64,000 bases of DNA, taken from assembly GCA_044440125.1 (NCBI GenBank), contig JBITAJ010000003.1, positions 96,001 to 160,000 on the forward strand, given 5' to 3'. Positions 41,101 through 51,186 of this stretch are shown here, piece by piece; position 1 is the first letter of the stretch; every line of letters starts with the position of its first letter. Both the position numbers and the translations under genes were made by a program. The stretch is from Sedimentisphaeraceae bacterium JB056. Its GTDB lineage: Bacteria > Planctomycetota > Phycisphaerae > Sedimentisphaerales > Sedimentisphaeraceae. The notes under the pieces were generated by a model, which was not told the origin of the DNA, did not search any database, and worked only from the letters and a program-made list of their open reading frames with translations.

Positions 41101-41758
41101 GCTGTTCAAAAGAATCACTGTAAAGAAGTTCTCCATTGAGATAGGCTTCAACATCGGATTCTCCTCTGCATATAGATACCATACCAAATCCGGTAAATGC
41201 TGGGAAATTGTACGAATGATGAACACCATCAGCGTCATTATAAGACAAGCCAAGACAATTATTGTCCCTTAGAAAAATTGCAGGCTGCCGTTTATTCGGG
41301 TTCGAAAGGCCAACACCGCCATCATTAAAAGCAAGAAGAGTACCAAAATTATTTGCCATAGGCAAAGGTCCGGTTTGCGTAACTATGAATATCGTATGTT
41401 TATTATAATCATCACTTTCCAGATCTATATCTAAAAATTGCCCCTCATTGTCAAAAGTTACCGCAGAATGAGAATTTATCAGCCCCGTTGAATACCCCGG
41501 CATTGCTGATACAATAGACTGTCCTGCATCGTTACCATTACCAGATTTATCAATCCAAGCAGAAACTCCACCATCCTGCAAAGTTGCTTCACCAGCCCCT
41601 GAAGCAACACCATCACCATCTAAATCGTCAGCATCAAGCCAGAGAACGACACCCTCTATCTCCGTAGGCTGAGTTACAAGCAGATATTGAGCAAGCGGCA
41701 AGGCCTGCGAAGCAAATAATAGAATCGCAGCAAATAAGATATAGCGGTTAAAAATCAT
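38192..41758 (-). CDS. Secreted LamG + Asp-box sialidase-like propeller + 2 LamG + double dockerin-like tail
   Basis: LWLDADD LamG; Asp boxes STDRGQTW, SSDGGASW, SIDHGQSW; tail DINKDMQADYLDF...NW...DTNYDGNV. Confidence 0.82.
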   Translation of the reverse strand: MIFNRYILFAAILLFASQALPLAQYLLVTQPTEIEGVVLWLDADDLDGDGVASGAGEATLQDGGVSAWIDKSGNGNDAGQSIVSAMPGYSTGLINSHSAVTFDNEGQFLDIDLESDDYNKHTIFIVTQTGPLPMANNFGTLLAFNDGGVGLSNPNKRQPAIFLRDNNCLGLSYNDADGVHHSYNFPAFTGFGMVSICRGESDVEAYLNGELLYSDSFEQLPQDGNDSIGKNVLNSSTYKGEVAEIIVYNRPLKDYEFQQVSYYLQTKYALSTDYEEEFLVLTAKEKNWLEQSRKASLIELDEVLEPNSSNVVADNDHFGWPVAAMSGDNIVVHCQQNLSHYTPEYPWNATSNNQSIGIIMRSTDRGQTWQQPVYVRDIVSYSQGPNAGGMISIGSDSQGNIILKHSYYPYGGTLVSSDGGASWEHYNNAFSSLTTDRSNVGPRIVSHPIFGLLMFAANELDGPEYGSPLIHSIDHGQSWTDRYWIDVATSPKEPCGMVWDNNILLISREFSDMCSEDGRFQMMSQHLYQYSDNDTFDDIDFVTKRTNIRGNISPISGRQVWAHDTADVAMNPDNSRIEMLDSHRWGGGLGETGDALDTDKSSLNLWSIDPVSLLEGDSKWRFDGTLLNRDRSSHHGLGFADGLHPGGAVIDEINNMQHIFLYAGFSDRRAAIYKLSRSLDTERLRRWLLGTYSTEWNFDDSTIVDDDSGYELNLQIEGDVSYTKGSDTYGASTAVIFDSTDNCGSFTGADNDFFDFEANDSFTLEVICKTSNDGPIISKDSAAGNGWQLAIENGKVSFVLSDGTHQSSVASGINVSDNTWHHIAAVRDKGHLLIYVDYIVQAFGEDMTNLLDNDEDLLVGASNVSRAKFVGAIDWLKMSRVSLTSSQFRMPADYSIEESILQPVFAFDGSYNAQQNAKVSCWLDSSAKGNANNSYATAGFLPDAESTVFENNINLNTIVFDGNSYMTVNGNEIFDSREMSWFIYFKANETVTKQWLLSANYDDRGDGLSSPVLWGSFIEEGYLYSQSLTKNGILRNTGCPITDQWTLLSVVWDGDVLSQYVNGRLVGTVDSIDCEPFFNQKLTIGMSGDLLDGFDGRMLRIIAYNQALDQQQRVIVENQICDSQMMPYARTDINKDMQADYLDFKVMAENWLDGNCLPPHWCAGMDTNYDGNVSQIELEKLISEWLIQ

Positions 41759-41788
41759 AAAAATCTATATTTGAATTGTAGATCAGAA

Positions 41789-42658
41789 TTAATTTCCGAC
41801 AGGAAAATAGACAGCTGAATTCCATCCTGAAAGCGTAGCCTTAACCATTGACTGTTCATCATACCGTAAAACACTTCCATCCTCGTAACCAGCATTCATT
41901 GTCTTAACTCTCGGTATTGATGCGCCATTATCAGAGGGGGTCATTTTCCAGAAATAACCTGATGCATGATCACCTTCAAGCGATGAACCCTGCATACGAT
42001 GTGAACAGCCCCATTTATTTCCAAGCCATACACCGTTATTCCACATCATAAAATCAGCGATCATTATTTTTTCAACTTTGCTCTTTGAAACGGAATCACC
42101 TGTAGTTGGGTCATTGTAGTCAAAACGTTCGTATCCCTTGTAATTCCACAATAGAAAATAGGAACTGTTCAGATACGGCCACGCATTTTCACCAATACCC
42201 TGACTGCGAAGATCAACAGCAAACCCATTAAGGTATTCTTCCTGATAGTACTCAAGATACGGCTTTTCAGCAAACTTACACTGCCATACAGTTGGATCGG
42301 ATAAATAAGCTCCCATCTGCCTTCCAACAGATCCACCGTTAATACCGTTAGCCCCCAAATATTCACCATTACGTCCAGGAGCTTTAACCTCATAATTCAG
42401 GCGGATCGGCGGGTTATTCCAAATAAAATTATCAGGGTACGTACCAACCCCCTGAACAGAAGGCGGCATTTTATTACTGTTATCAGCAGTATAAGTCGAT
42501 AAAGCGACAAGAATCTGATGCTGATTGCTCCCGCAAAGAACAACCTTAGCCTGATCTTTTGCTTTGCCTAATGCAGGCATCATTATAGCCATCAGTAAAG
42601 CTATTATAGATATAACGACCAGCAGTTCAATTAGTGTAAAACCTTTTCGCTTCAACAT
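41789..42658 (-). CDS. Prepilin-type protein (DUF1559-like), module 3
   Basis: MLKRKGFTLIELLVVISII; C-terminal SH...MNAGYEDGSV. Start ATG 42658 preferred over 42730. Confidence 0.9.
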   Translation of the reverse strand: MLKRKGFTLIELLVVISIIALLMAIMMPALGKAKDQAKVVLCGSNQHQILVALSTYTADNSNKMPPSVQGVGTYPDNFIWNNPPIRLNYEVKAPGRNGEYLGANGINGGSVGRQMGAYLSDPTVWQCKFAEKPYLEYYQEEYLNGFAVDLRSQGIGENAWPYLNSSYFLLWNYKGYERFDYNDPTTGDSVSKSKVEKIMIADFMMWNNGVWLGNKWGCSHRMQGSSLEGDHASGYFWKMTPSDNGASIPRVKTMNAGYEDGSVLRYDEQSMVKATLSGWNSAVYFPVGN

Positions 42659-42740
42659 TTTAAACCTTTTGTAATTTTGATTCCTACATAACATTATGGT
42701 CGGGGCAGAAATACCCCGACCGATTGACACAAATTAGTTA

Positions 42741-45542
42741 CTATCTTGGTGTGTCACCACTAAGATTTATGCATCCTGCAACTTCTGGAGTTGAACACTT
42801 TGCCCAATCCAGAGCAAGCATTGCAATATCTGCAATATCAACATTACAGTCCTCGTTTACATCACCGTCAAGGAATGGTCCCATGCCGCAATCATTTTCG
42901 AGAATTGACACCTGCAGATCATCAATAACATAACTGTCATAATCCGTATCGGCACTTGTCGTTGAGAACACAACATATCCTGAGTGTGGATTTGCTTCCG
43001 CATCCTCATCATCTATCGCAGCTACAGTAACTACCTGCGGGATGTTAAAATCTGAAGCAGTGAAGGTAAGCATGGAGGTTGACAAAGATATCTCGCCCGG
43101 ATCACCAAGATCATCACGTGTAGTCATTGATATATATACATCCTGCGCAGGAGGACTCAACAACCTGACACTAAACTGATCATTACCGACATTGTCACCA
43201 TTCTCACTTACAACAACACCATTATTCTGATCAACTGAAATCTCAGGAGTATCATTATCTTCGACAGTTACAAACAACGGTACCATCTGGCCTTCAGAAG
43301 AGGTAAAAGCAGGGTCGCTACTGGTCAAAGTGAAAGATATCTTAACATCTTCATAACCTTCCTCCAGAGCATCATCAATAGCTGTTACAGTAACTTGCTG
43401 AGGCTGATCCCAGTTCGCAGAAGTGAAAGTCAGCTGGGAAAGCGACAATGTCGCATCAGCGGCATCATCTATCGCCAGATCAACAGTGACATCCGAAACA
43501 GGCTGCCTTGTCAATACAACTTCAAATGTATCAGAAGTAGCACCTTGTTCATAGATAACAGAATCACCATCAGATTCATTAACAACACCTACAACATACG
43601 CCGGCCTGTCATTATAAAGTGTATTAAGGCCATATTTACGTGTAAGATAGTAACCTACAATCTGACGTTCTGAAGCTTCCAGTGCCCTGTCAAAAACTAT
43701 TATCTCTGCTATTTTACCTGTCAAAGAAAGGTCTGTTCTTTCCAAAGTAGAACCGATATAACCAATATCCTTAAAAATAGCTTCCTGAGTAAATGCACTT
43801 GACGGAGTTAGTGTTCTGTCATCAAATATGCCATTTGCCGCTTCGCCATTTTCGTGATAAATACATGAGAATCTCAAGCTGCCTGCGCAACCGCCGCCAA
43901 AATCAAGCGGATAATGATCACCGGTATTCGAAACATAATCAACATCCACATCGCCATTACTTCTGACGAAGAAATGTGGAGTTCTGCTGTTGGCACTTGA
44001 ACCGTTGTTGAGGGATATTATCGCACCCCAATCATTAACAGGAGATGCTGTTGTTTCAAATATAGCAAAAATCGTATGATCAGGCATAGGATCCCAATCC
44101 ATCTTCAAATATTGAGTACCCTGAAAATCAAGATACTCAAGAGCTGAATCTGTAGCATAAACAGGCCTTATAGCAGACTGATCCTGATATGCATCTGAAA
44201 TTGCATCTATTGAAGTAACCTTATTCTTCCAGGTTTCAACTGCACCATCTACCAAACCGTCCTCAGAAAGACCTTCCTCATTTCCATCACCATCAATATC
44301 AGAAGCGTCAAACCATGCCACCATATCATTGATTGCAGGCATTTCCCAGTCTTCGTTGTCAATAACAGTAACGGTCACTTTTTGTACAGTTCCCTGCGGG
44401 TCACTGAAATTCTGATCATTGCTGCTTAAAGTAAACGATACCTCTATATCCTCAAAACCATCTTCAATATCGCTATCATCAATCGCTGAGACAGTAATCT
44501 GTTGAGGTTGATCCCACAGCGAAGAAGTAAATGTAAGGCTTGCAGGCGTAAGCTGTATTTGCCCAGAAATATCGGTACTAAGGGTAACAGTAACCGAATC
44601 TGTAGGCTGAGAATCAAGAACAACACTGAATGTATCAGCTATTCCGCCTTCTTCTACAATAGTATCACCATCAGTCTCAATGACACTTCCAACTTTTAGA
44701 GGTGCATCAACATATGTCGAATCCACCAGACCATATTTATCCTGTAGATAATAACCCACAAGATTTTCTTCTTCTTCACTCAAAGCCCTGTCATACATTA
44801 TGATCTCAGCAATCTGTCCCTGAAATCCTCTATCTGAATTGTCTGCACCGATACGGTCCACACCTAAATCTACGGAATCCTGTGAAAACGGATTAACTGT
44901 TTGACTGAACCAGTTATTCTGGCCGTCAACATAGCAAAGAGCATTATCACCGTTATTATGCGTAAGACTTATTATAGACCAATCACCTTTAATATCAGTA
45001 GGAAGATTTATACCTTCATTTGAACCAGTATTAGAATAATATCCAACACCTATCTGCCCAGTACTGCGAACAAATATATGCGGCATTCTACTGTTAGCCG
45101 TACTTGCCGCATTAATAGACAGAATAGCACTCCAACTGTTTGCCTGCGCACCGCCGTCTATAACCGCTGCAACTATAAAAACAGTGTGATTGGGACTCGA
45201 TGGATAATCAAGCACGAAATGCTCATTATTCAAAGGATAATTGTAGTTATTAAAGTCAAATGACGATGTCTGGTTAAAACTGTCATACAGAGAATAAGGA
45301 CGCTGCAATGCAACACTCTGAGTAGCATTGTAATCACTTCCGGTAGGAGCTTTATTAACCCATGTTTCTACCTGTGTATTATTATAAACCCCACCGTCAT
45401 CTACGCTGTCGCCATTAACATCAGAACCGTCAAACCATAAAGACAACCCATCAATATCATCAGGACTGATAACAACCGCTGATACCGGCAAAACATAAAA
45501 GATTACCATTAAGATAAGTGTAATTTTTTTCTTTAAATCCAT
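42741..45542 (-). CDS. Non-catalytic adhesin: 2x(LamG + Calx-beta-like) + Calx-beta-like + Cys-type dockerin-like tail
   Basis: LWFDGSD and AWFDASD LamGs with NSR.PH.FVR; SLTFT.S.W..PQ.VTV.AIDD repeats; CGMGPFLDGDVNEDCNVDIADIAMLALDWAKC. Confidence 0.82.
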   Translation of the reverse strand: MDLKKKITLILMVIFYVLPVSAVVISPDDIDGLSLWFDGSDVNGDSVDDGGVYNNTQVETWVNKAPTGSDYNATQSVALQRPYSLYDSFNQTSSFDFNNYNYPLNNEHFVLDYPSSPNHTVFIVAAVIDGGAQANSWSAILSINAASTANSRMPHIFVRSTGQIGVGYYSNTGSNEGINLPTDIKGDWSIISLTHNNGDNALCYVDGQNNWFSQTVNPFSQDSVDLGVDRIGADNSDRGFQGQIAEIIMYDRALSEEEENLVGYYLQDKYGLVDSTYVDAPLKVGSVIETDGDTIVEEGGIADTFSVVLDSQPTDSVTVTLSTDISGQIQLTPASLTFTSSLWDQPQQITVSAIDDSDIEDGFEDIEVSFTLSSNDQNFSDPQGTVQKVTVTVIDNEDWEMPAINDMVAWFDASDIDGDGNEEGLSEDGLVDGAVETWKNKVTSIDAISDAYQDQSAIRPVYATDSALEYLDFQGTQYLKMDWDPMPDHTIFAIFETTASPVNDWGAIISLNNGSSANSRTPHFFVRSNGDVDVDYVSNTGDHYPLDFGGGCAGSLRFSCIYHENGEAANGIFDDRTLTPSSAFTQEAIFKDIGYIGSTLERTDLSLTGKIAEIIVFDRALEASERQIVGYYLTRKYGLNTLYNDRPAYVVGVVNESDGDSVIYEQGATSDTFEVVLTRQPVSDVTVDLAIDDAADATLSLSQLTFTSANWDQPQQVTVTAIDDALEEGYEDVKISFTLTSSDPAFTSSEGQMVPLFVTVEDNDTPEISVDQNNGVVVSENGDNVGNDQFSVRLLSPPAQDVYISMTTRDDLGDPGEISLSTSMLTFTASDFNIPQVVTVAAIDDEDAEANPHSGYVVFSTTSADTDYDSYVIDDLQVSILENDCGMGPFLDGDVNEDCNVDIADIAMLALDWAKCSTPEVAGCINLSGDTPR

Positions 45543-45598
45543 ATCTAACCTCTCTTATTAAGAAGATTGATTATATTTATTTTCAACAACAAGAACCT

Positions 45599-47254
45599 CT
45601 ACTCAAGTTCTATACAACCTGCCTCATTAGGCGTAGTGCAATCCTGCCAGGTTTCTGCAATAATTTTGAAGTCAGTCATATTAACTTCACAATCTTCGTT
45701 TACATCACCACTAAAGAAATCACCTCTGCCGCAATCATTATCGTAAATAATACCGGCAAGACTGCTCTTTGATGTGACATCAGCATAAATTGGATCAGCA
45801 CTGGCACTCATTGCAGTGATATAGAATTCTTCTGAATTATGATTCCAGTCTTCTCCATCAATGGCTGCAACAGTTACTACTTGTGGAGCGTTATAATCAG
45901 TGCTGTCAAATATAAGACTGGAAGGACTGAGAGTAACTCTTGACTGCTCACTTGTCTCCATTGTTATATTTAATGTCACAGCGACTTGATCAGAAGGGAC
46001 ATTACTCAATACAACCTCAAATTTATTTGATTCATCTAAAACAACTTCTTCACTCACAACAAGCTCACTTCCTACAAGAGAAAGGAATATATCAGCATCA
46101 TCGTTATCTTCAATGCTTACCTCTACAGTATCACAGTAAGCGTTAGCCGAAGTAAAGTTAGGATCCGAACTTGAAAGATCAAAACTTAAAGTAACGGTCT
46201 CCTGTCCTTCATAAATAGAATCATCAACCGCTGAAACAGTAAAAGTCTGAGCAGTATCCCAGTCAGAAGTCGTAAATATCATAGAAGAAGGTGAAACCTC
46301 TATATCGCTTCCAGTAAAACTTGGCGTTATCGTAACGTCAGCCAAAGGTGCTTTTACAAGACTTATATTCAGGCTGTCAGTTGTACCTTCTTCTGTTACA
46401 ACGGTAGAGCCATCAGTTTCAGTGATATCTGCCACAGGAACCGGGGCTTCAGTATAATCAGTAGCTAAACCATATTTAGTTTCTAAATAATAACCTACGA
46501 TATTTCGTTCCTCATCGCTCAAACCTCTTTCATAAACAAGAACCTCAGCAATACTGCCATTCCAGCATCCTGGACCTTTACCTATATAACATGGAGTCGA
46601 AGGAGGATTAATCTGCTCGAAAGCATTTGGTGTTTCACCTAAGAAAGAACCGTTGCGATAAGCAATAGACTTTGCAAGACCTTCAGCTTTGGAAAGAGTA
46701 AACAAATGCCATGATTGCGTAAGTCCCGGACTTAAATTTGTCGTCTGATTTGTGCCGTTAACATCATAATAAGAGACACAGAGTCTCGTATCAGTTGTTG
46801 AACGATATGCCATAAATGGTGCTCTTGTATTGGCTCCACTGCCGCTGTAAGCCATATTAAACTTACCTCGCCATGTTCCAGCCTGAATACCATCAATGCT
46901 TACAATAAATACAGTATGGGAAGCACTTGACATTGAAAAATTCAATACATCGTCAGAGCCATCAAACGATAGGTAAACACCTCCAACCTCAGCGCCATCT
47001 GTAATATATGCAGGGCGTGCTGAAGTAGATGCCTGTGTTGCATCACGACCATTACCTGACTTATCAACCCATACAGAAACAGTATTATTTACAAGTCCGT
47101 CTTCTCCTGCCCCTTCTATAATACCGTCTCCATCCAGATCATCGGCACTATACCATAAACCAAGGCCCTGAACATCGGGAGGACTTACCACAGCCGCATT
47201 CAAAGCAGTTACACAAAGAACAAAAGCCAACACAATAGATTTGACAATTTTCAT
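45599..47254 (-). CDS. Non-catalytic adhesin: LamG + 2 Calx-beta-like + Cys-type dockerin-like tail
   Basis: LWYSADD..WVDKSGNG; NTRAPFMAYR; tail CGRGDFFSGDVNEDCEVNMTDF...W.DC..P...GC. Confidence 0.82.
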   Translation of the reverse strand: MKIVKSIVLAFVLCVTALNAAVVSPPDVQGLGLWYSADDLDGDGIIEGAGEDGLVNNTVSVWVDKSGNGRDATQASTSARPAYITDGAEVGGVYLSFDGSDDVLNFSMSSASHTVFIVSIDGIQAGTWRGKFNMAYSGSGANTRAPFMAYRSTTDTRLCVSYYDVNGTNQTTNLSPGLTQSWHLFTLSKAEGLAKSIAYRNGSFLGETPNAFEQINPPSTPCYIGKGPGCWNGSIAEVLVYERGLSDEERNIVGYYLETKYGLATDYTEAPVPVADITETDGSTVVTEEGTTDSLNISLVKAPLADVTITPSFTGSDIEVSPSSMIFTTSDWDTAQTFTVSAVDDSIYEGQETVTLSFDLSSSDPNFTSANAYCDTVEVSIEDNDDADIFLSLVGSELVVSEEVVLDESNKFEVVLSNVPSDQVAVTLNITMETSEQSRVTLSPSSLIFDSTDYNAPQVVTVAAIDGEDWNHNSEEFYITAMSASADPIYADVTSKSSLAGIIYDNDCGRGDFFSGDVNEDCEVNMTDFKIIAETWQDCTTPNEAGCIELE

Positions 47255-47320
47255 AACATAACCTCACTAATTATACTATTAATACTTAAAACCAACGATT
47301 GCTGTTGATTATGACAATTC

Positions 47321-48490
47321 TTAATTTGGAGATGTGATAGTTTCGCCACTGTCAAAAACGAGATCTATCATAACCCTTTCAGAATCAGTTATATTTCGTT
47401 TGCCTGAAAGAATTTCACCGAGTATTTCAACTGTTTTTGCGCCAAGATCACTCAAATCACAACCAATACTTGAAATACGCCTTAGCATCATGCAATCAGG
47501 ATGTTTGAATCCATATTGTATCAAGGAAAGATCTTCCGGTATTCTCAGCCCCATTTTTTGAGCCGAAAGCAGCAATATAGTCTCAAGCCTGGTATCCTGC
47601 GAAAAGATAACAGTAGGCCTGTCTTTTCTGCTAAGCAATTCATCAATCTGAGACATCATCTCCTGACCTTGTGCCACTGGATTATGAATATCGGTTTGAT
47701 TATATATTATATTACGTTCATCAAGCTCCATACCCTCTTTGGCCAATTCATCCTGGATACCTTTTTGGATTCCAAGCGACACACTATATTTCATCGAAGC
47801 GATATAACCAATACGTTTGTGACCGGCATTAAGCATTTCCTTTGCGGCAAGCCTTCCTACCTTTTCCCAATCTAATGTCACTACCGGAGCCTGAACACCT
47901 TCAACACCTCTATAGCAGAAAACTACCGGTATACCGGCATCCTGAAGAACCTGATAGTGAAAAGCAGGTGCAGTATCATCAAGTGGCGGCGTAACAACAA
48001 CACCGGAAAACTTTTTATGCAGTACATTAAGAAAAGCACTTGCCTGCTTATCACTGTTTTCAAAAGTATTCATGACTTCAAGAGATAAAGAAGGTATGCT
48101 TTTTGAAGCGTACTGACAGGCGCCCTCAAAAAGAGCACTATACTGATAAAGACTTGAATTTGAGTATATAAACGCAAAGGTCTTAGTTGAAGAAGCTGTA
48201 ATACCGTCAGATATAAGGGTAGCACCATTTCCTAAATGCTCAAGCTTCGGATTAACAAACGTCCCTCTCTTGGTAACTTCTATCAAACCTTCGGACTTCA
48301 AAGAACAAAAAGCCTCAGAAACAGTCTGTGCTCCAACACCAATTTGCGAGGCTATATGCCGTGTAGGCGGCAATTTTTCTCCAGGCTTGAATCTGCCTGA
48401 CAAAACGCCCTGCTTCAAATACTTACCTAACTGACTGCTTACTGCAGAATAAGATTCTTTGTCTACAACAAAATCTGACAAATTGACCAT
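47321..48490 (-). CDS. GntR wHTH + LacI-type sugar-binding regulator (module 3)
   Basis: FKPGEKLPPTR..A..IGV...TV..A...L..EGLI..RGTFV; GHKRIGYI, IPEDLSLI. Confidence 0.92.
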   Translation of the reverse strand: MVNLSDFVVDKESYSAVSSQLGKYLKQGVLSGRFKPGEKLPPTRHIASQIGVGAQTVSEAFCSLKSEGLIEVTKRGTFVNPKLEHLGNGATLISDGITASSTKTFAFIYSNSSLYQYSALFEGACQYASKSIPSLSLEVMNTFENSDKQASAFLNVLHKKFSGVVVTPPLDDTAPAFHYQVLQDAGIPVVFCYRGVEGVQAPVVTLDWEKVGRLAAKEMLNAGHKRIGYIASMKYSVSLGIQKGIQDELAKEGMELDERNIIYNQTDIHNPVAQGQEMMSQIDELLSRKDRPTVIFSQDTRLETILLLSAQKMGLRIPEDLSLIQYGFKHPDCMMLRRISSIGCDLSDLGAKTVEILGEILSGKRNITDSERVMIDLVFDSGETITSPN

Positions 48491-48533
48491 CTGATATCTC
48501 CTTGATATTCTTTCGTATCACAACAATAACATT

Positions 48534-48621
48534 ATGATAACATAAAAAAGGCAGCAATCAAGAAAATAAGCCAAAAACACAAAGAAAGCCACACAAAACC
48601 ACAATATCACTACAATATCAC
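48534..48621 (-). promoter_or_regulatory. Promoter candidate for module 3 plus an upstream tandem direct repeat
   Basis: Minus strand TTGATT (48561-48556), 16 bp, TATCAT with TGn; ACAATATCAC twice at 48601-48610 and 48612-48621. Confidence 0.45.
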
Positions 48622-48757
48622 CACACAAACAACTACAAATTCAAAAGATACAAACATTGTAGCAAAAGAAAAAAATCACATATTTATAATTTTAAGACCA
48701 TAACAAACAACCATTAACAAACTTTTTGGGGATTAATGCCATTTTGAGTTTTAAAAC

Positions 48758-48791
48758 AAAAAAGGCTTTTAAGCATAAAAACTTAAAAGCC
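48758..48791 (-). terminator. Terminator after 48901
   Basis: GGCTTTTAAG/CTTAAAAGCC 10-bp stem followed by a T-run on the minus strand. Confidence 0.72.
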
Positions 48792-48900
48792 AATAAGTTA
48801 AACGAATAAAGGCAACAGAATTACTCATGACATGGGGCTTGAGAGTCAATAGCCCAACCCAAGAATAATTAGCAGAATAATGGTTTACGAAAAACAAATA

Positions 48901-51129
48901 TTAATCGTAATTACCGTACCACATGGCGATATCATCAAGCCACACATTGCTATTTGATGCATAGTTTATGAAACCAACGGTTGTAAACGCATCACTTTCC
49001 ATCTGCGGGGTAGTATATTTTGAGAATGAGGAATTGTACTTCTCTACTCCGTTAAGTTTAATCTGCAAATTATCACTGTTAGTATCAATTTTCACAGACA
49101 CCTTATTCCAATCATCAACATTAAAATCGCTCCAGTTAGCAACATAGCTACTTCCTGAGGCATCGGCAAAACCAAGCCCTGAACCTGTTATAAAGAACTT
49201 GCACGGCTCATACCAATTACGGTAAGGTCTTACATAAAGCGATATCGGAGACTGAACATAAACCATAAACTCTATATTCTGCATCGTGTCATTAGTCCAA
49301 TCCCATATTCTGCCGTCAACGTTACGATCATTGGTTCCCCAGCAATAACGGAATGCCGCATTCTGTGTCTTCATCTTTATTGAGGTGGTTCCTGAATAAC
49401 TTTTATCTGTAGAAAAACTCACATTATTTACAGATGGTGCAGAAGGAGTTTGTAAACTGCTCCACGGATCCCAGGCATAGGTAGAAGGAAGAGATTCATT
49501 GTTCGAAAAACTGTCAAATTCCTGAACAGGCTTTATCCAGCTTTGGGGGCTCCATGTAAAACCGTCATTTATCTCTGAAGCAATGCTCTCCCATTCAGTC
49601 TTAAGCTGCGACATCCCTACTATACCGATCTCTTCATACGCACCGGAGAAGGGCCTGTTGCCGTAATGCCACGGAAACATCCCCGCTATTCTTCCATTGG
49701 CAGTCGCCCATCCATAGAAGTCATTAGCCATACTAATCATAGCAGTTTGATATTGGGCGAGTGTTTTATTAGGATTATTATTTGAACCAAACGCATCAGG
49801 CACCAATATCGCCAACTGATCATCATACATAGCAGGGAATATGTATTTGTTGTACATATATCTTACCTTATCCAGATTGTTATACCAATCGGCAGAGATA
49901 TAATCCACAGAATCAGAAAACTGGGTATAGGTTATTGAAGAACCGAGCAAATCTGTACCATATTCCCAAACAGCAAGTGCCTCGTTATAATACACCTTAG
50001 AATCTGCGAAATCAGCTTTAACAGCATCAGCCATAACATCAACTTCAGAAACGCTTAAGCCATTCCAAACAGCTTCATCAGGCAACTGGAAACCATATAT
50101 ACGCCCCTGCTGATAAATCGAAGATACCAAATCCTTAAAAGTCTTCCAGCACTGCTGATAGTCACTTCTCATATCATAACCACACCATTGATTACTCGCA
50201 TCCCAGGTTTCAACAGCAAACACATTTTTAATATTAATATATGAATTCATGCCACGATTAGCCGCATCCATCGCCAAACATAAATTGTGTGTAAAATGAT
50301 CCGTAGCTACATTGGCAACATTGACAGGCCATACAGTTTCCCAGAAACCTATTTTATTCAAATTATTAGGATAATAGTCACTGCCCGCCTGCACACCGAC
50401 TCTAAAATTATCTATATAATATGATGTGCCGGCAGCGGCATTAGCATTCAACTGAATAGCATCGATATAACCGTTCCATGTAGGCCATTGCGTGTAATAA
50501 ACATACCCGGATGTAATTTCTGTATCATCAAGCCATATTTTAACCTGTCCATAATCTTCCGCTATCGGAGAAGTCTGCTCTATCCTTACCGAATGCCAAC
50601 TCTGTCCAGAATAACTTGCAAGATCATATGTCGTAATAGCAGATGTCTTGGAATCTCTCCTGAGTCTTACTTTGAAATGACCGTTCTCTGGATATATCTG
50701 AGTCAATACAACCTGCTGCGAATTACGGAGAGTTTCAAGATAATTCCATAAATTACCAGCAGAAAAATCCTGATAAAATTCATATTCTATGACAACAGTC
50801 TGTATCTGTCCTGGATAAGAATAATTCCCAAGCCATCCAAGCTGCAAATTCGTATAAGTGGACTGACCGCTAAGCGACAACGAATAGTCATAATCACCTC
50901 CAAGATCAACAATCTGGGAATTGGAATTACTGCCGCTAACTACTCTCCATGAGCCGTAATACGGAGAACTGGAAGATACTGGAACTGATGAATTCCAAAA
51001 ACCTCCAGACTGGGCATTAACAGTACCGGCCTGATAGCCCTCAAAAGATTCCGAGCAATATATCCACTGAAACGAACCATAGGAAATAGAAACTGCAACA
51101 ACAACCAAAAAGACAATTACCTTAGACAT
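48901..51129 (-). CDS. Secreted beta-sandwich + putative TIM-barrel glycosidase + beta-sandwich (no dockerin tail)
   Basis: GFQLPDEAVWNG, DYISADWY, LVPDAFG, MFPWHY; homologous in parts to 54649 and 57142. Start ATG 51129 after GGAGG. Confidence 0.65.
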   Translation of the reverse strand: MSKVIVFLVVVAVSISYGSFQWIYCSESFEGYQAGTVNAQSGGFWNSSVPVSSSSPYYGSWRVVSGSNSNSQIVDLGGDYDYSLSLSGQSTYTNLQLGWLGNYSYPGQIQTVVIEYEFYQDFSAGNLWNYLETLRNSQQVVLTQIYPENGHFKVRLRRDSKTSAITTYDLASYSGQSWHSVRIEQTSPIAEDYGQVKIWLDDTEITSGYVYYTQWPTWNGYIDAIQLNANAAAGTSYYIDNFRVGVQAGSDYYPNNLNKIGFWETVWPVNVANVATDHFTHNLCLAMDAANRGMNSYINIKNVFAVETWDASNQWCGYDMRSDYQQCWKTFKDLVSSIYQQGRIYGFQLPDEAVWNGLSVSEVDVMADAVKADFADSKVYYNEALAVWEYGTDLLGSSITYTQFSDSVDYISADWYNNLDKVRYMYNKYIFPAMYDDQLAILVPDAFGSNNNPNKTLAQYQTAMISMANDFYGWATANGRIAGMFPWHYGNRPFSGAYEEIGIVGMSQLKTEWESIASEINDGFTWSPQSWIKPVQEFDSFSNNESLPSTYAWDPWSSLQTPSAPSVNNVSFSTDKSYSGTTSIKMKTQNAAFRYCWGTNDRNVDGRIWDWTNDTMQNIEFMVYVQSPISLYVRPYRNWYEPCKFFITGSGLGFADASGSSYVANWSDFNVDDWNKVSVKIDTNSDNLQIKLNGVEKYNSSFSKYTTPQMESDAFTTVGFINYASNSNVWLDDIAMWYGNYD

Positions 51130-51186
51130 AAAAGCCTCCATAAAAATGAAAATTATATAAAATTTAGTTGAGCGGTTGCAAGTCTC

